Shown: positions 19,361-32,903, counted from the stretch's first letter. The stretch: 64,000 bases of DNA from Planctomycetaceae bacterium (GCA_041940305.1 JBGTSJ010000007.1:1-64000), one strand, 5' to 3'. A program made the numbers and translations. The notes: generated by a model not told the origin, from the letters alone.

Positions 19361-19607
19361 GAGGAGTCCCCCCGGCCCTGGATGTTTCGGCGCCGACTCC
19401 CAAACGGGGTGCATGTCCGGAAGCAGACCGAGCGCCGGTCCCCGGACATCCGTGAGTTATCGATGGCCTCGCATCGAATGTCGGCCGTCCGCCGTCGTAC
19501 CGGCGAAATCGTGCCTCGCAACCCGTATTGACCCCCCGCAGGAAGTGGGGCATAGTTCAGCGGCACTATGCCGCGAGCTGTTCCACTCGCGTTGAGGAGT
19601 CAACGAA

Positions 19608-20435
19608 ATGCTGCAATCGATTCGAGTTGTCGGGCGTCCTGTCGTCGTGGGATTGATGTTCGCGCTCGGCGCGACCGCTCTCGTCGCCAATCGCTCCGTC
19701 GCGGACGACCCCGCTGCCCAAACCGCTGCCGCGCCCGGAGAAACGGCTGCCGAGCATCCGCTCAAGCCCGCCATCCGCCTCGCCCAGGCCAGCCTGGAGG
19801 CGCTGCAGACGGTCGAGGACTATGAAGCCGTCATCACTCGCCGCGAGCTGATCAACGGCCAGCTCAACACGGAGACGATGCGGATGAAGTTCCGCGAGGA
19901 CCCGTTTAGCGTTTACCTGCTGTTCGGCGGGGAGAACGCCGGCCGAGAGGTGCTGTTCGTCAAAGGGCGGAACCAGGACATGCTGCTTGCCCACGAAGGC
20001 TCCGGTTTCAAGTCCTTCTTCGGCACGATCTCCCTCAAGCCCGATGATCCGCAGGTGACGGCCGAGAGCCGCCACAAGATCACCGACATTGGTCTCCGCA
20101 ATATGATCACCGCCATCGCCGAGCGCTGGGAGGAAGAGTCGAAGTACGGCGAATGCGAGGTCCAGTACTACCAGAACGCCAAGCTCAATGAAAAACCGTG
20201 CCTCGTCATCGAGTGCACGCATCCGCGCCCGCGCAAGCAGTTTCAGTTCCACACCTCGCGGCTGTTCCTCGACAAGGAGACCAATTACCCGGTCCGCGTC
20301 GAAAACTGGGGCTTTCCCGCCCAGGCCGGCGGCAAGCCCTACCTCATCGAGGAATACACCTACAGCGATCTGAAGACGAACCTCGGCCTCACTGACATCG
20401 ACTTCGACCGCTCGAACCCGGCGTACAAGTTCTGA
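19608..20435 (+). CDS. Secreted hypothetical protein with an N-terminal signal peptide
   Basis: Signal peptide MLQSIRVVGRPVVVGLMFALGATALVANRSVA. A globular body of about 240 aa. No enzyme motif was recognised. Confidence 0.55.
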   Translation: MLQSIRVVGRPVVVGLMFALGATALVANRSVADDPAAQTAAAPGETAAEHPLKPAIRLAQASLEALQTVEDYEAVITRRELINGQLNTETMRMKFREDPFSVYLLFGGENAGREVLFVKGRNQDMLLAHEGSGFKSFFGTISLKPDDPQVTAESRHKITDIGLRNMITAIAERWEEESKYGECEVQYYQNAKLNEKPCLVIECTHPRPRKQFQFHTSRLFLDKETNYPVRVENWGFPAQAGGKPYLIEEYTYSDLKTNLGLTDIDFDRSNPAYKF

Positions 20436-20491
20436 TCGTCCGAGCGCGCCGAGTGACACAAAGCCTAGTCCGGCTGCGATGGACTGTTTCA

Positions 20492-20824
20492 TCACGTCTC
20501 GTCGATATCTTCGGCCCCCAGCCAGTCCTGTCCCGGACCGAGAACGCGCAGGATGAGGACGTCCCGGCCGCGAATCTCAAAGACGCCGCGGTAGACGCGA
20601 CCTCGACGCGTCTTGAACAGGAACTGACGCAGGTCACGGCCTGGAAAAAACTCCGACTCTTCCAGACGGGAATATCCGGCAGGCGCCGCTTTGATCCTTC
20701 GGAGGGCAGCCTCGTAAGCCGCGAACCAACTGATGGCGCCTGCCCGCGACCGGGCGTGCAGCCACTCGACAATGCTGCGAACGTCGCGGCGGGCGAGCGA
20801 ATGCGTGACGACGCGATGCGTCAT
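20492..20824 (-). CDS. Type II toxin-antitoxin toxin, ParE/RelE family
   Basis: 110 aa. ...FFPGRDLRQFLFKTRRGRVYRGVFEIRGRDVLILRVLGPGQDW is the ParE/RelE core. Its start overlaps the stop of the upstream small gene by 4 bp (ATGA). Confidence 0.72.
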   Translation of the reverse strand: MTHRVVTHSLARRDVRSIVEWLHARSRAGAISWFAAYEAALRRIKAAPAGYSRLEESEFFPGRDLRQFLFKTRRGRVYRGVFEIRGRDVLILRVLGPGQDWLGAEDIDET

Positions 20825-21081
20825 TGTCGCGATAACTTCTCCAGCAGCTGACGCGTTTCCTGCAGATGCGCGTCGACAGAAATGCTCACATCCCCGGCAT
20901 CAATCTCATCGAGTGCCTGCTGCACCATTGAGACGGCCTTTTCCCGGCGGGCAGCCTGATTCTGCAGTTCCCACTCAACCAGTACTTCCTCCGGAGATGG
21001 TGTGGGTTCGCCTGTGCGCAATCGTTCCCCGACGTACTGATGAAATGCAGCCAGTTCGGCGGTCTGTTCCGTCGCGGGCAT
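20821..21081 (-). CDS. Putative cognate antitoxin (ParD/addiction-module-component-like)
   Basis: 86-aa acidic helical protein encoded immediately upstream of the toxin and translationally coupled to it. Confidence 0.55.
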   Translation of the reverse strand: MPATEQTAELAAFHQYVGERLRTGEPTPSPEEVLVEWELQNQAARREKAVSMVQQALDEIDAGDVSISVDAHLQETRQLLEKLSRQ

Positions 21082-21168
21082 TGAAGGATCCTTTGTTCTG
21101 CAATCCGGCCATTATATGGGTCGGCCGCATTGCGCGGAATCCGGAACGCCCTTCCCGAAAGCCACCGC

Positions 21169-22275
21169 TCACCCCACTCGGACGGCTCCCCCGCCGTCCC
21201 GCGCCGACGCCAGGCACGCATCCAGCACCTGCTGCGTCTTCAGCGCGATCTCCGGCCAGTAGTTGTCCGGCTTCCCGCTCAGCGCCAGTTCCGAGAACGT
21301 CCGGAACAGTTGTGTCTCCTGGGCCGTCGGGTGCCCGTGGCTGTATTCGGAGACCGCGATCCGCCGCGGATGCCGCTCCATCGTGAAATCGCACACCCGC
21401 TGCGACATGTGCGAGTTCTCCACGACGAACGCTGATTCGCTCCCCTGAAACGGCAGCACGAAGTCGTCCACGTGCAGCCACCCCTTCGAACCGCTGACCG
21501 TCGCGTGCTGCTGGTGCGCCGTCAGGAATGAACAGTAGAACCCCGCCGTCACGCCGCCGTCGAAGAACAACTCGGCTGAGAACTCCGTCGGCACCGGCTC
21601 CGGGCTGTCGCCCCGGCCGTACTCGCCCAGCATCTGCCCCGTCACCTTCCGCGGCAGCTGCCCGTTCATCACCCACAGCGCGAACCGGGCCGTGTACCAG
21701 CCCAGGTCCCCCAGGCAGCCGTACGGCTCCAGTTCGCTGCTGACACGGATGTTCCCCTGCAGAAAGTCATCCGGCGCCCGAAAGCTGAAATGCGCGTGAA
21801 TTCGCCGAACCTCGCCGATGCTCTCGCCGTCATTCAGCACGTCACGGATTTTCGGCAACCGCCCGCTGTGCATGAACATCACGCCGTCCATGAACTGCAC
21901 CTTGTTCTTCCGGCAGGCGTCGATCATCTCCTGCAGGTCGTCGCCATTGAGCGCGCACGGCTTCTCACACAGCACATGCTTCCCGGCTTCCGCCGCCCGG
22001 ATCACCCACTCCTTCCGCAGCCCCGTCGGCAGCGGGATGTACACAGCGTCCACGTCTGTGCGGGCGAGAAGCTTCTCATATCCTCCCACCGCTGCCGGAA
22101 CCTCCGGAAACACCACATCCGACTGGCACTCCCGGATGAACTCCGCCGCCCGCGATTGCTCCCGGCTGGCGACCGCCGTGAGCGTCGCGTTCCCCGCGTT
22201 CCGGATCGAGCGCCAGTTCTTCCGCGCGATCCCCGCCGCCCCCAGAATTCCCCAACGGCATACCGACTGACTCAT
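21169..22275 (-). CDS. Gfo/Idh/MocA family NAD(P)-dependent oxidoreductase
   Basis: N-terminal Rossmann motif WGILGAAGIARKN. EKP motif HVLCEKPCA. The ATG at 22275 is preferred because the ORF's 44 upstream codons read through an upstream repeat motif. Confidence 0.82.
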   Translation of the reverse strand: MSQSVCRWGILGAAGIARKNWRSIRNAGNATLTAVASREQSRAAEFIRECQSDVVFPEVPAAVGGYEKLLARTDVDAVYIPLPTGLRKEWVIRAAEAGKHVLCEKPCALNGDDLQEMIDACRKNKVQFMDGVMFMHSGRLPKIRDVLNDGESIGEVRRIHAHFSFRAPDDFLQGNIRVSSELEPYGCLGDLGWYTARFALWVMNGQLPRKVTGQMLGEYGRGDSPEPVPTEFSAELFFDGGVTAGFYCSFLTAHQQHATVSGSKGWLHVDDFVLPFQGSESAFVVENSHMSQRVCDFTMERHPRRIAVSEYSHGHPTAQETQLFRTFSELALSGKPDNYWPEIALKTQQVLDACLASARDGGGAVRVG

Positions 22276-22316
22276 GTGTTCCTCGCTCAGGTGATGTAGC
22301 CGCACACTGCTAGCCC

Positions 22317-22353
22317 GACGCGCCAGCAAGGGCCGAACGTTGCCGAGCATTGA
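22317..22353. repeat. 36-bp near-identical motif, copy 2
   Basis: AGCCCGACGCGCCAGCAAGGGCCGAACGTTGCCGAGCA, 40-75 nt upstream (minus strand) of the Gfo/Idh/MocA oxidoreductase start. Confidence 0.8.
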
Positions 22354-22411
22354 TCCCTCCAGAAACCCGGCCTCTTCGAGAATCCAGGTTTCCGGAGATG
22401 TCGGCATTCAC

Positions 22412-22440
22412 TCGACCGCTCCCTGCCGGTCGCGGCTCTT
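22412..22440. repeat. Family-3 half-copy, intergenic
   Basis: CGACCGCTCCCTGCCGGTCGCGGCTC matches the reverse complement of the family-3 left arm (CGGGCCGCTCCCTTCCGGTCGCGGCTC). Confidence 0.55.
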
Positions 22441-22557
22441 CAGCGATACGCCGCCAACATAGACGCTCCGCCCCCGGTTGCAAACCACCACGACGTCTGG
22501 GAAATTCAGCGCCAACGAGCGGCGGGGTTCAACCCCGCCGCTCATACGAGAGACACC

Positions 22558-24051
22558 ATGCCGCAACACGTCCCCCCGCTCGATGAATTCCGCCAGCTGG
22601 CGACCCGGTCGCGCCTCGTCCCCATCTACCGTCGCCTCCTCAGCGACACGCTCACCCCGGTCTCGGCTTACTGCTGCATCGCCGACGCCGACAGCTCATT
22701 CCTCTTCGAAAGCGTCGTCGGGGGGGAAAAGGTCGGTCGCTACAGCTTCGTCGGGGCCGATCCGTTCCTGCACTTCGCCGCCACTCGCACCTCGCTCACC
22801 ATCACCGGCCCCGACGGGTCGCACACCCGCGAAGTCGCCGACCCTCTCGCCGAACTCGGCACGCTCCTCGCCGAGTACCCCGCCCCGCATCTTCCCGGGC
22901 TGCCACGATTCAGCGGCGGAGCCGTCGGCTACGCCGGCTACGACGTCGTCCGCTACGCCGAGCATCTTCCCGACGCACCCGAGGACGACCGACAAATCCC
23001 TGACCTGGAGTTCGCCCTCTACGACCGCATGGTCATCTTCGACAACATCAACAAGACGGTCACCATCGTCGTCCACGCCCGGGCCGACGCGCCCGACCTC
23101 GACACCGAATACGGCCGCGCCGTCGAGCGCATCGATGAACTCTGCCGGCGACTCGCATCCGTCCCCGCCGCGCTCAAGCCGCTCGAAGCCCCGCAGCGCG
23201 GCAATCCGGCTCTCGCATTTCAGTCCAACACGACGCAGCCCGAGTTCGAATCCGCCGTCGAGCGCTGCCAGGAGTACATCCGCGCCGGCGACATTTTCCA
23301 GGTCGTGATCAGCCAGCGCCTCCAGCTGGAAACCCGGGCCCGTCCGCTCGATATCTACCGTGCCCTCCGCGTGGTGAATCCCAGCCCCTTCATGTTCCTG
23401 CTCAATACCCCGGACGTCACGCTCGTCGGCAGTTCCCCCGAGATCATGGTTCGCGTCGAAGACGGCGAGACGACGATCCGCCCGCTCGCCGGCACGCGCC
23501 GCCGCGGTGCGACTGAAGCTGAAGACCGCGCCCTTGCCGAAGAGCTGCTGGGCGATCCCAAGGAACGGGCCGAGCACGTGATGCTCGTCGATCTCGCCCG
23601 CAACGACGTCGGCCGCGTCGCTCAATACGGCAGCGTCCGCCTCTCCGACGTCATGCAGGTCGAGCGCTACAGCCACGTGATGCACATCACGTCCAACGTC
23701 AACGGCCTACTCAAGCCCGGCCTCACCTCTCTCGACGCCCTCCGCGCCGGCCTTCCGGCCGGCACGGTCTCCGGCGCGCCGAAAGTCCGAGCCATGGAGA
23801 TCATCGACGAAGTCGAGAAACACCGCCGCGGCCCTTACGGCGGAGCCGTCGGCTACATCGACTTCACCGGCAACATGGATACCTGTATCGCCCTGAGGAC
23901 GCTCGTCATGCAGGACCAGACCGTCTACGTCCAGGCCGGCGCCGGCATCGTGGCCGACAGCGTGCCGGCGAGCGAGTATCAGGAGACGCTGAACAAAGCC
24001 CAGGGGTTGTTGCGGGCGATTGAGGTCGCCGAGTCGTGGAATGATGGGTGA
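22558..24051 (+). CDS. trpE: Anthranilate synthase component I
   Basis: TrpE hallmarks: [65 protein letters not shown]. Confidence 0.9.
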   Translation: MPQHVPPLDEFRQLATRSRLVPIYRRLLSDTLTPVSAYCCIADADSSFLFESVVGGEKVGRYSFVGADPFLHFAATRTSLTITGPDGSHTREVADPLAELGTLLAEYPAPHLPGLPRFSGGAVGYAGYDVVRYAEHLPDAPEDDRQIPDLEFALYDRMVIFDNINKTVTIVVHARADAPDLDTEYGRAVERIDELCRRLASVPAALKPLEAPQRGNPALAFQSNTTQPEFESAVERCQEYIRAGDIFQVVISQRLQLETRARPLDIYRALRVVNPSPFMFLLNTPDVTLVGSSPEIMVRVEDGETTIRPLAGTRRRGATEAEDRALAEELLGDPKERAEHVMLVDLARNDVGRVAQYGSVRLSDVMQVERYSHVMHITSNVNGLLKPGLTSLDALRAGLPAGTVSGAPKVRAMEIIDEVEKHRRGPYGGAVGYIDFTGNMDTCIALRTLVMQDQTVYVQAGAGIVADSVPASEYQETLNKAQGLLRAIEVAESWNDG

Positions 24052-24115
24052 ACCGGCAGCGGACGGCGTGAGCCAGTCAGGCGGTCGGTAATCCGTGGGA
24101 ACACGCTCGACAGAC

Positions 24116-24721
24116 TTACGTCTGCCGCTCTCGGTTCGCATCCTTCACGTACCGCCGAAAGACCGTCCGCCCGGCGCCACGCAGGAGCCCGCGGCGCGCC
24201 CCATTGTGCAGCACTCCGAAAGCGAAGAGCAGTAGGGTGGCCGCTCCGACCCAGAGGCGCTGCCGCAGCACATCGTCAGCCGCCACGCGGCGAAACAAAG
24301 GGACGAACCATGCGTCCGCGATCACGGCGTTCGGGGCTTCCGAACTGGTCACGAGGGGATCATATGCGAGTTCTTCGGGGAGTGGAATCACCTCCGCCCC
24401 GGGGGTCGACGCCGCCAGTTCACTCCGCGCCAGCCGTGCGGCGAAGTCGGGATCAGTCTCGAGGGCGTCGGCGACCCGCTGCAGATGCCGGACTTCCCGC
24501 TGGCGTCCGATGAGTTCCGCCTGCCGGGTGCGATGCTCACGGTCCAGATCGGCCCAGATCACCACGCGCGCCGAGAGAGCGCACACGGCGTACATCCCGA
24601 TTGCGGCGAACAGACAGAGCCAAAACAGAAGCGACGTGATCGTCCGTCGCGGCGTCAAGGTGTCCGATTCGGCGGTCATCTCTCCGGCCTCCTGCCGGCT
24701 GGCGACGTCGGGCGATGTCAA
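24116..24721 (-). CDS. ftsB: Septum formation initiator family protein (FtsB/DivIC-like)
   Basis: One TM helix (SLLFWLCLFAAIGMYAVCAL), then a coiled coil and a DPDFAARLARSELA box that resembles the FtsB DPEYIEELAR motif. It lies downstream of eno, as in many bacteria. Confidence 0.5.
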   Translation of the reverse strand: MTSPDVASRQEAGEMTAESDTLTPRRTITSLLFWLCLFAAIGMYAVCALSARVVIWADLDREHRTRQAELIGRQREVRHLQRVADALETDPDFAARLARSELAASTPGAEVIPLPEELAYDPLVTSSEAPNAVIADAWFVPLFRRVAADDVLRQRLWVGAATLLLFAFGVLHNGARRGLLRGAGRTVFRRYVKDANRERQT

Positions 24722-24762
24722 TCGCCGCTGCCCTCTAGATTCAGCCGCAGTCGCCTGTCGGT

Positions 24763-25086
24763 TCAGCCGACGTTTCGCGGTGGATACTGCTGCTCCAGGA
24801 TCGCGTCCAGTGACTCGTACGCTTCGAGGGCATAACCTGTATCGCCGTCATAGAGTTGTGCACGATCCAGAACGTTGCCCGAAATCCTTCCAAATGCGGC
24901 ACAGATGCTATCAGCATCCAGTCCCGACTCGTACGCCCGATTCAGGAACAGGAAAATACAACCATTGATGGCATCCCGGTTGCCGGCGGATTTCTTGAGG
25001 CAATCCGCGGCTTCGATGACGAACGCATAGGCAGGGTGATTCTCATCGATGGCTGCAGTTTCGATCGGACGGGACGAATCGGACAT
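24763..25086 (-). CDS. Hypothetical protein of 107 aa
   Basis: ORF between ftsB-like and eno with normal codon usage and no recognisable motif. Confidence 0.4.
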   Translation of the reverse strand: MSDSSRPIETAAIDENHPAYAFVIEAADCLKKSAGNRDAINGCIFLFLNRAYESGLDADSICAAFGRISGNVLDRAQLYDGDTGYALEAYESLDAILEQQYPPRNVG

Positions 25087-25119
25087 GCCACTGTTCCCCC
25101 CGGGAAGCCGGGCGTTGCT

Positions 25120-26430
<1,311 letters not shown>

Positions 26431-26431
26431 T

Positions 26432-26467
26432 CAGAAACCCGGTTTCTCCGAAGAAACCGGGTTTCTG
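26432..26467. promoter_or_regulatory. Tandem 15-bp palindromes (putative TetR operator) in the divergent eno/tetR intergenic region
   Basis: CAGAAACCCGGTTTCT-CCGA-AGAAACCGGGTTTCTG. Each half is self-complementary around a CCCGG/CCGGG core, and the two halves form a perfect 16-bp inverted repeat. It lies about 185 bp upstream of the tetR start. Confidence 0.5.
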
Positions 26468-26652
26468 CAGCGTGGTTTGTGAGTTTCGCCGGCCGATTTG
26501 TAGCGGAGAACGCCCCCGCTGCCAACTGCGGGTCCGCTCTACAACCGGGAAGCAAGGAGGCACCCCTTCGAAGTTTTGGTGCAGCAACGCTGAGTTTCGG
26601 ACAGACCATTGATTTCCTGAAACCGGCTCAATTCCGCGTGAGTATTACTCAC

Positions 26653-27243
26653 ATGAAATCAGTGCGACGTTACCAGCAGTCAGCTAGAGCGGAGTCCGCT
26701 GCAGCGACCGGGGCTCGTATCGTCGAGGCGTTCCTCATGCGACTCAACGAGCAATGGTACGACGAGATCACACTGGATCAGGTCGCCATAGACGCCTCCG
26801 TAACGGTGCAGACCATCGTGCGGCGTTTTGGAGGCAAAGCCGGGCTGCTCGGCGAGGCAATTCGAGAAATGATTCGCCGCGCCGGGGAACGTCGTGCCGC
26901 TCCGCCGGGCGACCTGAATCAACTCGTCCGAAATCTGGTTGCCGACTATGAGGGGACCGGTGACACGATCATCCGATTACTTGCCGTTGAAGGACGGAAC
27001 GCGGTGCTTCACGAATTCCTCACGCATGCACGCGGCCGGCATCGTGACTGGATCGCGAAGGCGTTTGCAGATGATTTGGAACTGCTCGATGCGGCAGCGC
27101 GGCAGGCAACTCTTGACTCGCTGGTCGTCGCCACCGACGTCTACACATGGAAGCTGCTGCGCCGCGACATGGGTCGCTCCGTGGGTGCGGCTCGGGCTGC
27201 AATCAGCGGGATGATCCGCTCGACACTCGCCGCCTCGAAATAG
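26653..27243 (+). CDS. TetR/AcrR family transcriptional regulator
   Basis: N-terminal HTH ITLDQVAIDASVTVQTIVRRFGGKAGLL, about 196 aa. The annotated ORF start at 26422 reads through the operator palindrome and is rejected. Confidence 0.82.
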   Translation: MKSVRRYQQSARAESAAATGARIVEAFLMRLNEQWYDEITLDQVAIDASVTVQTIVRRFGGKAGLLGEAIREMIRRAGERRAAPPGDLNQLVRNLVADYEGTGDTIIRLLAVEGRNAVLHEFLTHARGRHRDWIAKAFADDLELLDAAARQATLDSLVVATDVYTWKLLRRDMGRSVGAARAAISGMIRSTLAASK

Positions 27244-27265
27244 TTGCTGCAGGGAACGCGCCTGA

Positions 27266-29356
<2,091 letters not shown>

Positions 29357-29407
29357 CGCGACTCTGCAACAGGCGTCCTTGCGTCGGGCATAGCGACCCT
29401 CCGTACC

Positions 29408-31222
29408 TCAGCGGCTCTGCGTCAGAACTCCTTCCGACTGAGTAGCCCGCCGTCCCCCCAACTCGGGCGATGCCGCCACGTCGTCCTGCAGTGCTTCCGC
29501 CGCGGCCCGCAGGACGTCCAGTTCGTTCACGGCGGCCCGCGCCTCTGCACATGCTCGTTCGACGTCCGGGAAGAGGCCGACCGCCAGTTGACGTTGCACC
29601 AGTTCTCCTGCGAGCGCGTGCACTTCCTGCTTGAGACCGCGGCGGAGGCGGCGGACGAAGGCCATCAGGAGGAGGGCGGACCAGAGGAGCAGGAAGAGGA
29701 TGGCGGGCCAGTAGAAGTCGGAGGTGAGCAGAGGCTGGCCGTCGAGCCAGGAGTCGACGAAGAAGTTCCGGCCGACGCGGTAGAGGATGAAGCCGAGGTA
29801 CAGGGTGAACGCGATCTCGTAGAACGCCCGCACCCACCATTTGGAGTTCCGCTCCGCGAGGCGGCCGATGAGGTCGTCGATGCGGCGGCCGGCGTCGCCG
29901 AGGAAGTCCTGCTCGACGTCCGCCGCGCGGCCGCGGAGCTGCGTCAGCGAATGGCCGCCCCCCAGCGACAGGCCGGCCGAGCGGATGTGACCCTGGATCA
30001 CTAGTTCCGTCTCACGGAGCAATGAGTCATCAAGGCAGAACGCGCCTTCCAGTTTCTCTTCGGCTGTGCGCTCGTCCCGCTTGCTCGTCAGCCAGCGGCT
30101 CCCCTGCACGGCCCCGACGAGCGCCATCTGGGCCGCACTCCGGGCGCGATACAGGCTGAACGACGTCAGCAGCGCTCCCAGCCCCTGCCACACGCGCAGC
30201 AGGGCCGAGAACGGGCTGAACCCCCACGTGTCGGCGACGGCCGCCATCAGCCGCCGCTCCCACAGATGACGGCTGCCGAGCAGCTCCCGCTGCAGCTTCG
30301 TCGCCAGCTTCTCGCGGATCGCTCCCTGCTGATGCGCGAGCGCCGTCTCCAGCGGCACCAGGTCGTCCACCCGCGCCGACAGCGTACGGTCGCAGCGCTC
30401 CAGCGATCCGCACAACAGGTCCACCACGTTCGCGCGGCGGATCCGCATGCGTTCTGAGGCCGCGAGTTGCGTGGTGAGCAGGTCCTGCAGTCGGGCCAGG
30501 TCGCCGCTCGGCCGCTGTCCGGCCTGCTGCTCCTTAAGGCCGCGGACGGAGTCGATGAAGAACACATCCGGAATCTCGTAATGCTCGCGGAGCTGTCGCC
30601 GCCAGTCTTCGCGGATGTCCTCATCGAGGTCGGCGTGCGTCTGCACGAACACCAGCCGGCAGCCGGCTGCGGCCTGCCCCAGCTCATCGGCGACACGAGC
30701 GGAGCGGTACTTCTGCTGTGTCGAGACATACACCAGCACGTCGCAGTAGGGGAGCAGTGCGTGCAGCCGGGCGAGATTGCTGCCGGCGGTCTCGGCCTCG
30801 TTCGTATCCGGATCGGGACAATCCAGAATCACCAGGTCCCGCAGCACATCCGTCTCGCGGCGGACGACGTCGAAGTCCTCCAGCGGCAGACCGAGGGCCT
30901 CCAGGTGCGTCTTGGGGTGGGCGATGAGGATCGGCTTCGTCGTCGTGGGGCGTTCGCGCCCGGTGCGCGTGCACTCCTCGCCGACGATCGCATTCACCAG
31001 CGAACTCTTCCCCGTTCCCGTCCCGCCAAACGTGGCCGCCACGATGGGCGCCTCCAGCCGCACGCGCAAAGCATCCACTCGCGACAACGTTCGCCCCACC
31101 AGCGCCTGCGCTTCCTTGAGCGGTTGCCACGCCGTCTCGCGCCGCGACCACTCGGTGGCGCGCGCCGTCAACGCATCCATCCGCGCCAGCATCTCCAACT
31201 GAATCAACTGCGGTTCGGACAT
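29408..31222 (-). CDS. Membrane-anchored dynamin-like P-loop GTPase, paralog 1
   Basis: P-loop ATFGGTGTGKSSLVNAIVG. Switch-II-like ILDCPDPD. VFVQTHADLDED is G4-like. Two C-terminal TM helices (...WPAILFLLLWSALLLMAFV). The start at ATG 31222 (MSEPQLIQLEML) lies just after a leader motif. Confidence 0.68.
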   Translation of the reverse strand: MSEPQLIQLEMLARMDALTARATEWSRRETAWQPLKEAQALVGRTLSRVDALRVRLEAPIVAATFGGTGTGKSSLVNAIVGEECTRTGRERPTTTKPILIAHPKTHLEALGLPLEDFDVVRRETDVLRDLVILDCPDPDTNEAETAGSNLARLHALLPYCDVLVYVSTQQKYRSARVADELGQAAAGCRLVFVQTHADLDEDIREDWRRQLREHYEIPDVFFIDSVRGLKEQQAGQRPSGDLARLQDLLTTQLAASERMRIRRANVVDLLCGSLERCDRTLSARVDDLVPLETALAHQQGAIREKLATKLQRELLGSRHLWERRLMAAVADTWGFSPFSALLRVWQGLGALLTSFSLYRARSAAQMALVGAVQGSRWLTSKRDERTAEEKLEGAFCLDDSLLRETELVIQGHIRSAGLSLGGGHSLTQLRGRAADVEQDFLGDAGRRIDDLIGRLAERNSKWWVRAFYEIAFTLYLGFILYRVGRNFFVDSWLDGQPLLTSDFYWPAILFLLLWSALLLMAFVRRLRRGLKQEVHALAGELVQRQLAVGLFPDVERACAEARAAVNELDVLRAAAEALQDDVAASPELGGRRATQSEGVLTQSR

Positions 31223-31236
31223 GTGACGGAGAGATT

Positions 31237-31266
31237 GAACAGGAGGAAACAGAGGGAACGGAGGAG
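31237..31266 (-). promoter_or_regulatory. Solo family-4 motif in the leader of GTPase paralog 1; CU-rich on the coding strand, 15-45 nt upstream of the AUG
   Basis: On the + strand it reads GAACAGGAGGAAACAGAGGGAACGGAGGAG. The mRNA reads CUCCUCCGUUCCCUCUGUUUCCUCCUGUUC...AUG. Confidence 0.75.
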
Positions 31267-31286
31267 CAATACGTCGGCGACTCAAT

Positions 31287-31634
31287 TCAGTTTAGCCCCG
31301 GTCCATCGGACGGGGCTTCTATTCCAGTCATGTCGGTTGCGATCGAACCTCGACGCCTAATCCCGATGAATCCCCCGATCGATCCGATCAACCCTCCGAC
31401 CAGCGCGGCCATTGAGAATGCCGTGACCGTATCGAGTGAAACTCGAAACAGACTTCGCCGCATCATGTGCAGCGCATCGATTACCGTCATCTCGGGGCGG
31501 CGAGTCAACACTCCAATCAGCGTCCCGATGAGAAAGAGCACGCAGATCCCAAGTACTGCGCCAATCACCAGATAACGCAGTGAGCGACTTCGGTCGAAAG
31601 TAGCGGGCATTTCAATGCGCTCAGACATGCACAT
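31287..31634 (-). CDS. Small integral membrane protein of 115 aa with 3 predicted TM helices
   Basis: Hydrophobic segments LVIGAVLGICVLFLIGTLIGVL and AFSMAALVGGLIGSIGGFIGI. Its stop abuts the start region of GTPase paralog 1. Confidence 0.5.
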   Translation of the reverse strand: MCMSERIEMPATFDRSRSLRYLVIGAVLGICVLFLIGTLIGVLTRRPEMTVIDALHMMRRSLFRVSLDTVTAFSMAALVGGLIGSIGGFIGIRRRGSIATDMTGIEAPSDGPGLN

Positions 31635-31775
31635 CGGACGTAGGTTGCGACATCATCCAGTTTGTCGTCCTCACATCAACAATCGCAATCCCGAATCTCT
31701 CTTCGTTCCCTTGGCGGCCTTCTGTAACCGCCTTTCTTTGTCCTCCTCTGTGCCACCGTGTCTTTGTGTCAGCCT

Positions 31776-32672
31776 TCACGCCAGCGCCACCAGCACGGCG
31801 ATCAGCAGCAGCACCGCTCCCGTCAGCCGGAACGCCAGCGTCCGCGTCGAGTGACGACCCTCCGGGCTCCGCGCCAGCCGTCCCAGCCACCACGCCAGCA
31901 GCACCGACCACAACCCGCGCAGCGCGTACACGATGTTCACTCGCGTCGCGTCCCCGAAGCGGCCCAGCGAGTACGACATGCTCACCGCCTGCGTCGCCAT
32001 CAGCAGCGACGTCACCGCCAGCGGCCACGCGGCCTCCATCTCCCGTACGCGCGACGGCCGGTCGGACCACGGCAGCAGGCCGCACGAGATCAGCCCCATG
32101 CACACGAACATCGTCGCCAGAAACGGCGCCGCCCCGTGCCTGCGGCCGTAGATCTGCAGGGCGATGTCGAACAGCGAGAGCGCGGCCGCCGCGATGATCG
32201 CCAGTCCGATCGAAACCGCGACCCGCCGCGGCGACACCTTATGTCCGGCCGGCGCCGCACCGACCTGGATGACACCGACTCCCATCGCCGCCAGCACCGA
32301 CGCAATCCACACCGGCACGCCGATTGGCGTGTCGGTCAGCCACGCGCCAAGCGCCGCGACCATGATGATCTTCACTCCCAGCACCGGTGTCGCGAGAGAG
32401 ACGTCCCCGTACTGGAACGCCAGGAACGTGCACAACTGCCCGATCACGAACAGCGATCCGACCGCCGCCGCAAGGCCCCATTCGGCCGTCGGCAGAAACT
32501 CGCCGCGCGCAGCACCGATGCTGCCCCACATCGCCGCCAGGCAGATGTTGGAGTAAGCCGCGTTGGAAAACGGACTGACCCCCCGCACGCCCGCGGCCTT
32601 GGAGGTCATGGCGGCGAACACGAAGACGATGCTGGAGAACAGCGGCAGCAGGAGGTGGGCGGAATTGGACAA
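31776..32672 (-). CDS. DMT-superfamily (EamA-like) transporter
   Basis: 298 aa, about 10 TM helices, duplicated EamA-like halves. Confidence 0.65.
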   Translation of the reverse strand: MSNSAHLLLPLFSSIVFVFAAMTSKAAGVRGVSPFSNAAYSNICLAAMWGSIGAARGEFLPTAEWGLAAAVGSLFVIGQLCTFLAFQYGDVSLATPVLGVKIIMVAALGAWLTDTPIGVPVWIASVLAAMGVGVIQVGAAPAGHKVSPRRVAVSIGLAIIAAAALSLFDIALQIYGRRHGAAPFLATMFVCMGLISCGLLPWSDRPSRVREMEAAWPLAVTSLLMATQAVSMSYSLGRFGDATRVNIVYALRGLWSVLLAWWLGRLARSPEGRHSTRTLAFRLTGAVLLLIAVLVALA

Positions 32673-32903
32673 TTCGGCAACCAGACGTCGTCTCTCCGGA
32701 ATTCAAGAATCAACAAGCGTGAACAGCGCGTCCCGTCCCCGACGTTCATCCCGCATGCTCGGGAGTCGGAGAGCGGCCGTAAAAACAGGTTCGCGCCATT
32801 CCGCCAGTTGGGGCGTCCTTCATGGACTACTCCCTGCGTCTGGGCGCCTGCGCGTCAGTGTTCCGAGGCGGCGTCGCGCTTTGCTGCTTTCGTTCTTCCC
32901 TGT

